The notes beneath the pieces are model-generated. The model ran no database searches and was not told where the DNA came from. It saw nothing but the letters and a program-made list of their open reading frames with translations. Positions 55,549-64,000 of a DNA stretch of 64,000 nucleotides are shown here, piece by piece. Position numbers and translations under genes: made by a program. Origin of the DNA: a virus (lineage: Duplodnaviria > Caudoviricetes). Numbering within the stretch: position 1 is the first letter of the stretch; the number at the start of each line of letters is the position of its first letter. The DNA lies in IMG/VR virus record IMGVR_UViG_3300033141_002949, positions 1,354 to 65,353 of that record. The stretch is one strand, 5' to 3'.

Positions 55549-56556
55549 ATGAGTAAACCTGTCATACACATCACCGACGTGCAGACCTTCGTGCAGTGTC
55601 GCTACCGATGGTACTACTCGTCGCCGCTCCAGAACAACCTGGAGCCTGTACGACCCAACAAGCACTTGCTGTTGGGCACAGCCGTCCACGCGGCGTTGGC
55701 CGCGTACTACGACCCGTCGGTGCCACGCTCGGCTGACGTGCTCATCAGCGCATACGAAGAGCACACAGCCGAGGCATTGGTCGCGTTGGAAAGGGAGATC
55801 ATCGAGGTTCCCGAGGACGTGATCGAGGCCTACAGCTTGGGTCGCGTCATGCTGGACCACTACGCAGTGTGGGCGCCCCATCACGATGATTTCGAGGTCC
55901 TGTTGACCGAGTACACGCTGGAGCACGACTGGGGGGATTTCACGTTCCAAGGGACTGCCGACGCCGTGGTTCGTAGGGGCGACGACCTGTGGATTGTGGA
56001 GCACAAGACGTACACCCACGTGCCGTCGGGGACCGCGCTGGGCTTCTCTATGCAACCGCCAGCGTACATTCACGCCGCTCGAAGGGACCCCGAGATAGTC
56101 AAGCACGGCAACGTCGTGGGTGTCCTGTACAACATCCTGCGAAAGTATCCCCCTGCCAGTCCGGGGGTCCTCAAGTCCGGCAAGCTGTCCCGGCGTGCCA
56201 ATATCGCTTGCAGCCCCTACTGGTTCGCGCACTGCGTGCGCGAGGCCGGCCAGGACGTATCGGAGTACGCGGACTTCATTGACACGTTGGACCCCTTCAA
56301 GTTAAACTACCGAGCATACATCACCGTGAGCGACCAGCGGATGCGCGTGTTCGAGGATTATCTGCGTGTCCTGGCGGACGAGATGCTGAACGAGCACAAC
56401 GTTAGGCTGTACCCCGCGAATCCCATATACAACTGTGACAACTGCGGGTACCAATCCCTCTGTGCCCAAGCCCTGTACGGTGAGCCGTGGGAGCCGCTGG
56501 TGGGCTTGGAGTACAGAGATCGATCCACCGGTGGCGAGGACGATAAACATGATTGA
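55549..56556 (+). CDS. PD-(D/E)XK (RecB/Cas4-like) exonuclease
   Basis: QCRYRW, GTAVH, GTADAV, IVEHKT, CDNCGYQSLC. Confidence 0.88.
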   Translation: MSKPVIHITDVQTFVQCRYRWYYSSPLQNNLEPVRPNKHLLLGTAVHAALAAYYDPSVPRSADVLISAYEEHTAEALVALEREIIEVPEDVIEAYSLGRVMLDHYAVWAPHHDDFEVLLTEYTLEHDWGDFTFQGTADAVVRRGDDLWIVEHKTYTHVPSGTALGFSMQPPAYIHAARRDPEIVKHGNVVGVLYNILRKYPPASPGVLKSGKLSRRANIACSPYWFAHCVREAGQDVSEYADFIDTLDPFKLNYRAYITVSDQRMRVFEDYLRVLADEMLNEHNVRLYPANPIYNCDNCGYQSLCAQALYGEPWEPLVGLEYRDRSTGGEDDKHD

Positions 56557-57940
56557 TGGTATAACGCTTCACTGTGGCGATGTCATTGATGTCGCCAAAG
56601 ACTTTCCAGATGAATCCTTCACTGCGGTTTTCACGGACCCGCCGTATGGGTTATCTGGCACGCCAGATATGGTTGACGTGTTGAGCCATTGGCTGAACGG
56701 TGACGACTACGTGGCGCGTGGCGGCGGATTCATGGGCAAGTCGTGGGACTCGTTCGTGCCCGGGCCTAGCGTGTGGAAGGAAGTGTTCCGTCTGCTGGTC
56801 CCAGGTGGGGTGCTGCTTGTCTTTGCTGGCACGCGAACTGCCGATCTTTTAGGGGTGGCTATTAGATTAGCAGGCTTTGAAAAGTTCGACGAGATTGACT
56901 ACTTGCACGGCGGGCTGCCCCCACAGATAGAGTGGTTGTATGGCTCGGGGTTCCCCAAGTCACACGATGTTAGTAAGGCCATTGACCGTGAGGCAGGGGC
57001 AGAGCGAAAGGTGGTGGGACGAGTCAAGGGTCGCGGAAGCAATAGCGGAGAGGGGCGTTACAACTGGAACAATCCTGACGATAAGGCTGATAGGACATGG
57101 TATGACGCCACGGTTCCCGCTACGCCCGCCGCCCACATCTGGGCTGGCTACGGCACAGCGCTTAAACCCGCACATGAAATCATCCTGTGCTTCCGCAAGC
57201 CGCGTGAGGCTACCTACGCACAGACGGCGGTGGAACATGGCGCGGGGGCGCTGAACATAGATGGGTGTAGGATTGAGACGAACGAGAGCACGGTTAGAAC
57301 TGTTGGTAGAACAGCAGCAGACGGGTGGGGCCTGAACAAGCAGGCTGGGCTGACACGAGGAAGCGATCGAGGTCGCTGGCCTGCTAACGTCATCCTGGAT
57401 GAGGAGGCGGGTGCTCTGCTGGACGCGCAGAGCGGGTACAGCAAAACGAAACGTATTGAGAAGCCTTCTAACTGTGGCGGCACGTTTCAGACGAATCGGG
57501 GACCACGCGGACACACCGACTCTGGCGGCGCTTCCCGCTTCTTCTACTGCGCTAAGGCCAACAAGCGCGAGCGAGACGCAGGGCTGGAGGGCATGGATCA
57601 AAAGAGGCGCGATCTCTCTCGCCATTCTGAACAACCCAGCATGAATAGTGGAGAGGGCAACCCGTACAATCGCGGCGTAATCCCCGTATTCAATTATCAT
57701 CCGACGATTAAGCCGTTAGCCCTCTGTGAGTATCTGGCGCGCCTCATCGTGCCACCGCTAGAGTACCGTGACACGGCGCGGCTCCTGGTGCCGTTTGCTG
57801 GCTCAGGGAGCGAGATGATAGGTGCGATGCAGGCGGGCTGGCGGAACGTCGCAGGCATAGAGATAAGCGAGGAGTATATCGAGATTGCCAAACAACGCAT
57901 AGCGTACTGGTGCAAACAAGGTGTACAAGACAAGGAATAG
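56549..57940 (+). CDS. DNA methyltransferase (N4-C/N6-A, beta class)
   Basis: TDPPY, WLYGSGFPKS, HPTIKP, PFAGSGS. Confidence 0.92.
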   Translation: MIDGITLHCGDVIDVAKDFPDESFTAVFTDPPYGLSGTPDMVDVLSHWLNGDDYVARGGGFMGKSWDSFVPGPSVWKEVFRLLVPGGVLLVFAGTRTADLLGVAIRLAGFEKFDEIDYLHGGLPPQIEWLYGSGFPKSHDVSKAIDREAGAERKVVGRVKGRGSNSGEGRYNWNNPDDKADRTWYDATVPATPAAHIWAGYGTALKPAHEIILCFRKPREATYAQTAVEHGAGALNIDGCRIETNESTVRTVGRTAADGWGLNKQAGLTRGSDRGRWPANVILDEEAGALLDAQSGYSKTKRIEKPSNCGGTFQTNRGPRGHTDSGGASRFFYCAKANKRERDAGLEGMDQKRRDLSRHSEQPSMNSGEGNPYNRGVIPVFNYHPTIKPLALCEYLARLIVPPLEYRDTARLLVPFAGSGSEMIGAMQAGWRNVAGIEISEEYIEIAKQRIAYWCKQGVQDKE

Positions 57941-57949
57941 GAGGATGAC

Positions 57950-58771
57950 ATGCCATTGATGCGTATGGAAGAGTTGGAGGGCAACTGCTTGCGGTTGCTG
58001 GTTTACGGGCCGCCTGGTGTGGGTAAGACCTACCTGTGCGGCACCGCTCTGGACGTGCCGGATATGCTCCCCATCCTGTGGGTCGAGTGTGATGGAGGTC
58101 TGGTCACGGTGCGGGATAAACTCCGCGAGCACTGGGAAGAGGGCATCAAAGTCTTGAAGCTGGAGAGCCAGTCCGACGTGAACACGCTGTACAGCGCCGT
58201 GGGCAGCGCCAAGACGAAAATGCGAACTCTAGTGATCGACTCGATCACCGAGCTGTACGCGCTGTTGCTGGAGATCAGATTGACTACACAAGGGCGAGCG
58301 GGTGGCCTTCCGCAGTTGCAGGACTACGGCGCGGTCTCCGGTCAGGTCATCGAACTGCTGCGCACGATGGCTCGCCGTGACGATGTGAACTTTATCTGTA
58401 CGGCGGGCGAGCAGATGCAGAGCGACGATCTGACCGGCGCAATGTACATCGTGCCGGACATCACCGGCAAGATGGCGGTGCGCGCACCCAGATTCTTCCA
58501 CATCGTAGGTTACATGACGGCGGACATACGTGCCAACTCTAAAGGCGAGATCCGCCGCGCGGTGCGCACTTTGCAAATACAACCCTACGGGCGCGTGTAC
58601 GCAAAGGACCGCACGCCGAACGCAGCGCTGGGCGCTGCGCTGGCTAATCCTGACATCCAGACCCTTTATGATGCGATCAATGGACGTTTGCCTGGCGGTG
58701 TACCGAGGGGCAGCGCCAGCGACGACGGTATAGCCGATTCCGAAGCCGAGGAGGGTAACGACAATGGGTGA
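57950..58771 (+). CDS. AAA ATPase (Sak4/AAA_24-like recombination protein)
   Basis: YGPPGVGKT, LVIDSITE, AKDRT. Confidence 0.85.
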   Translation: MPLMRMEELEGNCLRLLVYGPPGVGKTYLCGTALDVPDMLPILWVECDGGLVTVRDKLREHWEEGIKVLKLESQSDVNTLYSAVGSAKTKMRTLVIDSITELYALLLEIRLTTQGRAGGLPQLQDYGAVSGQVIELLRTMARRDDVNFICTAGEQMQSDDLTGAMYIVPDITGKMAVRAPRFFHIVGYMTADIRANSKGEIRRAVRTLQIQPYGRVYAKDRTPNAALGAALANPDIQTLYDAINGRLPGGVPRGSASDDGIADSEAEEGNDNG

Positions 58772-59225
58772 CGCTTTTACAGTTGACTTTTCAGATGTGC
58801 AGGACTTTGTGACGCAAGACCTCGACGTGGGCGTCTATGACGCGGTAGTCGTAGACGTGAAAGCGGATGTTTCCCGCGCCGGAAAGCCAATGCTGACCTG
58901 GACGTTGGCCATCGAGAACGACGACCAGTTCGAGGGCGGCCTGGTCTCCTACCGCACGTCGCTACAGCCGCAAGCACTGTTCAATCTGCGACGAACGCTG
59001 GAGGCTTTGGGCGTGGACAGGGAAGAGCTTCGAGGGCAGTTCCAGGTGAACCCGCCCGACTACATCGACGAGCCTTGCGCAGTCGTGATTGAGGAGTCTG
59101 TGAATCCCAATAACGGACAACTCATGAAGAACGTCTCACGGATCATCTCACGTGAGGACCGTGCGCGCTTTGTCGCAGCTACGGCGCCTACACAGGAGGA
59201 CCCGTCGGACCTCTTTAAGAGTTAG
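58764..59225 (+). CDS. DUF669-like single-stranded DNA binding protein
   Basis: VDFSDV...G.YDA...S.AGKPML.W; acidic C-terminus ending DLF; follows the AAA gene. Confidence 0.7.
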   Translation: MGDAFTVDFSDVQDFVTQDLDVGVYDAVVVDVKADVSRAGKPMLTWTLAIENDDQFEGGLVSYRTSLQPQALFNLRRTLEALGVDREELRGQFQVNPPDYIDEPCAVVIEESVNPNNGQLMKNVSRIISREDRARFVAATAPTQEDPSDLFKS

Positions 59226-59232
59226 CCACGCG

Positions 59233-59269
59233 GAGGGAGCGGGACGACCCTCGGAATCCCGCTCCCTTC
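59233..59269 (+). terminator. hairpin after the SSB gene
   Basis: AGGGAGCGGGA/TCCCGCTCCCT stem. Confidence 0.45.
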
Positions 59270-59296
59270 GTCTCAATGTCGAAGGTAAGGTGAGCA

Positions 59297-61861
59297 ATGC
59301 TCCTCGATGTACTGTTTGCTGACCTTCCAGCAGACCAGCAGATTTACGTGGCGTGGAAGACCGCAGATCGCAGCGCGCCGTACACAATGGACGAATGGCG
59401 CGCCCTTGCGTGGAATACGTCCCTACACGGAAGCCTGGACGATGTAAACGCCTTCGTGGATGCACACCCGTATAGCGACATCTACTACGGGGTGGTGCCG
59501 CGAAAAAACAACGATCGGAACTCGCTAGCCCCTGTGCTCACCCTGTGGGTTGACATCGACGCTAAAGAGTTCGGAGGCGATCTGGATAGAGCACGGGCGG
59601 CATACGAGGCCTTTCCTGCACGACCGTCTGGCGTTGTGAAATCGGGACACGGTTTTCACGTCTATTGGCTTCTGCTGAACGCTGTGAGCGCCGACACCGC
59701 ACAGAGGGTCATGAAAGCTCTCGTTGCGTTTCACGGGGCGGACGATCTGCACCACCCCAAATCCGTGCTGCGCGTGCCTGGAACGTACAACTGGAAGGTG
59801 TACGATGATCCCGTATCAGTCTCGGAGGTGTACGTTGATGATGCGTTAAGGTATGAGGCGTCGGACTTGGAGGCGCTCTGCAATGTAAGCGCTCAAACGC
59901 GCGTGATGATCACCAAAGGCGTGCTTCCGCGCAAGACACGTAGACGCCCAAACCCCACACGCTCTGAGCGTGACTGGCACGTGCTCAGGGAGCTCTTAGA
60001 CGTAGGGGTCAGCGAGGCCGGTATTCGTACTATCTTTGACTATCAGCCAGTTGGCGACAAGTACCGCGCTGAGGGTGAGCACTACCTGACGCATACGTTG
60101 AACAATCTGCGCGGCCAGAACACAGGGGGCAACAAGGGGCTTGGGATTCAGGACGCCGACGATGGGTATTATGTCAATACACAGGCGGGGCGGGTGCGCC
60201 TGAGCACTTTCACGTTCGACCCGCAGCGAGTGGTGGTGAATACGGACGGCGCCGGCGAGGACGCCCTGCTGGGTACTATACATACAGAGGACGGGTCCAC
60301 GCCGGACATATTGCTGCCTAAGAGTGCCTTTGCTACATCACAGGCGTTTATGCGCTATCTGCCGCGTATAGAGTGGCAATGGTTGGGGAGCGACCAGCAC
60401 ACCAAGGCCTTGCTCTTGCATCTCACGCAGCAAGTCCGCAGTGAGGACACTGAAACGGTGTATGGAACGTCGGTTATCGGTCGCCACGGAGAATACTGGG
60501 TGACGCGGGAGGGGACGTTGGGCCGTGAGAAGTTCTACTCACCTGCGGACGCCCCAATCATCTACGTAGATCCTGCTGTGACCAAGATGCACGAGACGGA
60601 GATAGTCCCCGCGCTGCGGTACGGCTTCCCCGATGAGGACCGTTACAGACGTTTGGTGTGCACCATAGCGGATCTGCTGCCCAAGATCAATCGAGAGGAG
60701 GTGATCCTCCCCGCCCTAGGTTGGTTCGCGGCCTGCCCCATCAAGCCCCTGTGTGAGGACCTGGACATTCGTTTTCCGCACCTCAATGTCTTCGGGATGA
60801 AGGGCGCCGGCAAGACGAGCATGTTGTATCACGTCCTCATGCCTCTATTGGGTATGTATAAGCCGCGCGCCTGGACGCCGAACACGACAACGTTTATACT
60901 GAGGACGTTGTTCTCCTGCACCAACGCGATTCCCGTGCATTTTGGCGAGTTCAGGAGCGCCACCTTGGGGAACACTCGCAACGATTTCATGCGGGTCGTC
61001 CTGCAAGCCTACGAGTGGGGGCGCGACGCCCGTGGGCGGGCCGACCTGACCACGGAGGACTTTAAGCTGGACGCGCCCGTGGTCATAGATGGTGAGGATG
61101 CGGTAGCCGACCCCGCCTTCAAAGAACGCTCTATCGTCGTGGGGATGCGCATGGAAGATGTGATGGAACACCAGCCAGCCAACGAAGCGTATCAGGCGCT
61201 CACACTGCTTCCGTTGCACGACTTCGCAGGAGAGTACATCAGATACACACTCTCCGTGGACTTGGACGATTTGAGAGAGCGCCACCAGCGCGCTCTACAG
61301 AAAGCACGGGAGATGTGGGAGTCCCCGCTTCCGGACAGGCCGAGGAATAACATGGCCGTCGTGCTTTTGGGTCTGGAGCTGTTCAACGAGCATCTGGAGG
61401 CGTGGGGCGCCAAGCCGATACGTATTCCTCGCACTATCTTCGATCCGATGCTTGAAAACGTGTTGGCGCTCCGCCCCGATGGAACCCCACGCGCCTTGGT
61501 GGACAGGTTCGTCGAGGACGTTATCAACGCGGTCGCGTCGCAGTCTCTACGCAGCGGGAGATTCATCTATGCTTACGAGCCGCGCTCAAAGACCCTGTGG
61601 GTGCACCTTTCAAGCGCTCTCAATTGGTGGGAGCGCGAACGCAGATCACGCGGCAAGGTGACGCTGGATGCGCCCGCTATACGTGCGCAGCTGTCAGAGC
61701 GCTCGGATTACACCGTGCGCGAGCAGATCAAAGACACGGGCAACTTTGGCACCGTCATGTGTGTGGGCTTTCGTGTGGATCGATGTCACGAGGTGGGCCT
61801 AGAGGTACCGGACGACATACCAGCAACGGGTGTACTGGTAGGGGGAGGTGCAGTCATATGA
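59297..61861 (+). CDS. primase-helicase (RepB/AEP-type primase plus P-loop domain)
   Basis: WVDID, SGHGFHVYW, LRVPGTYN; GMKGAGKT. Confidence 0.85.
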   Translation: MLLDVLFADLPADQQIYVAWKTADRSAPYTMDEWRALAWNTSLHGSLDDVNAFVDAHPYSDIYYGVVPRKNNDRNSLAPVLTLWVDIDAKEFGGDLDRARAAYEAFPARPSGVVKSGHGFHVYWLLLNAVSADTAQRVMKALVAFHGADDLHHPKSVLRVPGTYNWKVYDDPVSVSEVYVDDALRYEASDLEALCNVSAQTRVMITKGVLPRKTRRRPNPTRSERDWHVLRELLDVGVSEAGIRTIFDYQPVGDKYRAEGEHYLTHTLNNLRGQNTGGNKGLGIQDADDGYYVNTQAGRVRLSTFTFDPQRVVVNTDGAGEDALLGTIHTEDGSTPDILLPKSAFATSQAFMRYLPRIEWQWLGSDQHTKALLLHLTQQVRSEDTETVYGTSVIGRHGEYWVTREGTLGREKFYSPADAPIIYVDPAVTKMHETEIVPALRYGFPDEDRYRRLVCTIADLLPKINREEVILPALGWFAACPIKPLCEDLDIRFPHLNVFGMKGAGKTSMLYHVLMPLLGMYKPRAWTPNTTTFILRTLFSCTNAIPVHFGEFRSATLGNTRNDFMRVVLQAYEWGRDARGRADLTTEDFKLDAPVVIDGEDAVADPAFKERSIVVGMRMEDVMEHQPANEAYQALTLLPLHDFAGEYIRYTLSVDLDDLRERHQRALQKAREMWESPLPDRPRNNMAVVLLGLELFNEHLEAWGAKPIRIPRTIFDPMLENVLALRPDGTPRALVDRFVEDVINAVASQSLRSGRFIYAYEPRSKTLWVHLSSALNWWERERRSRGKVTLDAPAIRAQLSERSDYTVREQIKDTGNFGTVMCVGFRVDRCHEVGLEVPDDIPATGVLVGGGAVI

Positions 61862-62268
61862 GTTGGAGGGATGAATGGCGCAAGGACTTGGAGCGTTTAC
61901 GGGCCACAGGAGGTCACGTCCCCGCCGTGAGCGTGGACGGCCACGTGATGGAGGCTCTAGACGCCTACGTGCAGCGCCTAGAGAAGACTCACTGTGAACT
62001 AAGCACGTTGGTGCAGCAGATGCCGGTGGGATGGAGTTTGGAGCGCACCAAGCGCGGCTGGGCCTGTAGGCCTCGGTGTCCAAACGCGAGCAAGTGTCCA
62101 AATCGGCCCGACGTGATAGGTATTGGCAGTAAGGCTGCCGACGCACTGCGCGACGCACTAAGAGAGAAGGAGGTGAGAAATAATAACGACAGAACAAACG
62201 AGCAGCGAGATGAGGCTCTACGCGACCACCAGTGCGCAGACCTTGGTACCAGGAGGACACATGAGTAG
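61858..62268 (+). CDS. hypothetical protein
   Basis: GGAGGT RBS; ATGA overlap. Confidence 0.55.
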   Translation: MSWRDEWRKDLERLRATGGHVPAVSVDGHVMEALDAYVQRLEKTHCELSTLVQQMPVGWSLERTKRGWACRPRCPNASKCPNRPDVIGIGSKAADALRDALREKEVRNNNDRTNEQRDEALRDHQCADLGTRRTHE

Positions 62269-64000
62269 CTCCAAGCACGCTCACGCCTGGGGACCCGATA
62301 ATCCCCATCCCCTGTCTCAGATCAAGACTGAGCTCGTCTGGGAGGGCAAATACGACGAGTATGGCAATCGCCGACCCATCTCGCTGCCACCTAGCCCAGT
62401 GCCTTTGCAGCGGATCGAGGCGGTAGACGATCCCTACGACCGCGTGCGCGCGCAGCAGGGCCAGGCCCACCGCGACGACTTTCGGAACATGCTGATCTGG
62501 GGCGACAACAAGCTGGCTATGCACAGCTTGCTAGAGCAGTTTCGTGGTCAGGTCGACCTAATCTACATCGATCCCCCATTTGGTAGGGGAGGGGACCTCA
62601 CGGTCCGCGTTGAGTTGGGCGAGAACACGGATCTTGAGGAGGTCGCCTATCGTGACGCTTGGGGCAAGGACACCGACTCTTATCTTCGCATGATGGCGTC
62701 AAGGGTAGCGCTTATGCATGATCTCCTTGCAGAGCAGGGAGCTCTGTTCGTCCACTGCGACTGGCGTATGAACAGCCTGCTGCGGCTGCTGCTAGATGGC
62801 GTCTTTGGCCCCAAGTGTTTTCGGAACGAGATCATCTGGCGCAGAGCACCCAACCTTGGTCGGCAAGCTGCGGCTAGCCAACTGGGGCGAGTCGTCGATA
62901 CAATCTACGTGTACAGCAAGACACCAGGAAGCGAGTTCGCCGGCCAGATGCCTACGACGCAAGTCAAACTGCCCACAAACCGATCTGGCAAGCCGGTCGG
63001 TACGAAGTGGGACGAAGAGAGGCAGGCGTACTTCACCACTGCACCGAGGGGCGACTACACGGACGATAGCATCGCGCGGTTGGAAGAACAAGGACGTGTG
63101 TATCGAGCCTCTTCTGGCAAGATATACATCAAGTACTTCCTCACGCAGGGTCAGAATGGCGACTGGTATAGAGAACGTCCTGTGGATACGCTGTGGGATG
63201 ATGACGGCGTGCGCCCGCTGAGACATTGCAGCCAAGACGAGCTTGGGATTGGATACGCCACGCAGAAACCGGAGGGTCTGCTCACGCGCATCGTGGAGTG
63301 GGCGTCTTCTCCAGGCGCGCTGGTTGCCGACTTCTTCTGTGGCTCCGGCACCACCCTGGCCGTAGCTGAAAAGCTCGGCCGCCGCTGGATCGGCGTGGAC
63401 TTGGGGCGCTGTGCCATCCACGCCAGCCGCAAGCGCCTGATCCGAGTCCAGCGGGAGCTGTATGACGCCGGGCAGCCCTACCGCTCCTTCGACGTCTACA
63501 ACCTGGGCCGCTATGAGCGCCAGTGGTGGCAGCTGGAGCGACTCGCGGGCGCCGACCGCGAGCACCGTGCCCTGGTGCTGCGGTTCTACAAGGCCGCGCC
63601 CTTGGAACATCCGCCCAGCCCCCTGCTGCACGGAGGCAAGGCGGGCGCTTACGTCCACGTCGCGCCCATTGATACTGTCTTCGGGCGGGATGATCTACTA
63701 GCAGTGACCCGGGCTGCACGCGCCGCCGGCGCCCGCCAGGTGGATTGCCTGGCCTGGGAGTTCGAGATGGATCTGGCCCGCGAGAGACAAGCCGTCTCCA
63801 GGGAGATGGGGCTCCAGATCCGGCTGAGGTACATTCCCCGCGAGATTATGGAGGCCAACCGGTCGGAGTGCCAGTTCTTCGAGGTTGGGTACGTCTCGGC
63901 TGAGGCGATACGGCACCCCGATGGCGGTGTGGACGTGCGCCTCATCGATTTTGCTCCTGCTCTGGCCGAGGTGCCTGAGAAGAAAATGAAGGAGCTACGA
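62261..64000 (+). CDS. adenine DNA methyltransferase, type III Mod-like; runs off the window end
   Basis: AGGAGG RBS; translated by hand: TELVWEGKYD, LIWGDNK, LIYIDPPF, YATQKPEGLL, ADFFCGSGTT. Confidence 0.9.
   Translation, partial: MSSSKHAHAWGPDNPHPLSQIKTELVWEGKYDEYGNRRPISLPPSPVPLQRIEAVDDPYDRVRAQQGQAHRDDFRNMLIWGDNKLAMHSLLEQFRGQVDLIYIDPPFGRGGDLTVRVELGENTDLEEVAYRDAWGKDTDSYLRMMASRVALMHDLLAEQGALFVHCDWRMNSLLRLLLDGVFGPKCFRNEIIWRRAPNLGRQAAASQLGRVVDTIYVYSKTPGSEFAGQMPTTQVKLPTNRSGKPVGTKWDEERQAYFTTAPRGDYTDDSIARLEEQGRVYRASSGKIYIKYFLTQGQNGDWYRERPVDTLWDDDGVRPLRHCSQDELGIGYATQKPEGLLTRIVEWASSPGALVADFFCGSGTTLAVAEKLGRRWIGVDLGRCAIHASRKRLIRVQRELYDAGQPYRSFDVYNLGRYERQWWQLERLAGADREHRALVLRFYKAAPLEHPPSPLLHGGKAGAYVHVAPIDTVFGRDDLLAVTRAARAAGARQVDCLAWEFEMDLARERQAVSREMGLQIRLRYIPREIMEANRSECQFFEVGYVSAEAIRHPDGGVDVRLIDFAPALAEVPEKKMKELR

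Noticed and set aside
55549-56556. Cas4 of a CRISPR adaptation module
   Set aside because: It sits in a nuclease/AAA/SSB recombination cluster with no cas1/cas2 or array

Overview
This window looks like most of a tailed dsDNA phage genome (siphovirus-like). A Chloroflexota-like host is only a weak inference. Plus-strand arms (1-8726 and about 40987-64000) carry early, replication and accessory genes: a UDG-fused family A DNA polymerase, MazG-like, RuvC-like, SNF2 helicase, PD-(D/E)XK nuclease, AAA ATPase, DUF669-like SSB, primase-helicase, two DNA methyltransferases, a Csx16-like protein and a DnaJ/vWA/macrodomain cluster. A minus-strand late operon (40589 down to 8723) runs terminase, portal, protease, capsid, a five-gene sugar-modification cassette, head-tail and tail genes, then lysis. 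Main non-obvious signals: (1) an ORF-less 229-nt group I intron splitting polymerase motif B; (2) a 225-bp non-autonomous IS200/IS605-type element inserted at an ATGA stop/start overlap, plus two orphan element ends; (3) a near-consensus antisense promoter in front of a putative small RNA with two anti-Shine-Dalgarno loops; (4) a LigD-phosphoesterase-like domain fused to the prohead protease; (5) a cluster of tRNA-like stems at 1594-2080; (6) a candidate replication origin and a candidate packaging/terminus region. All family assignments come from motif recognition by eye; no searches were run.
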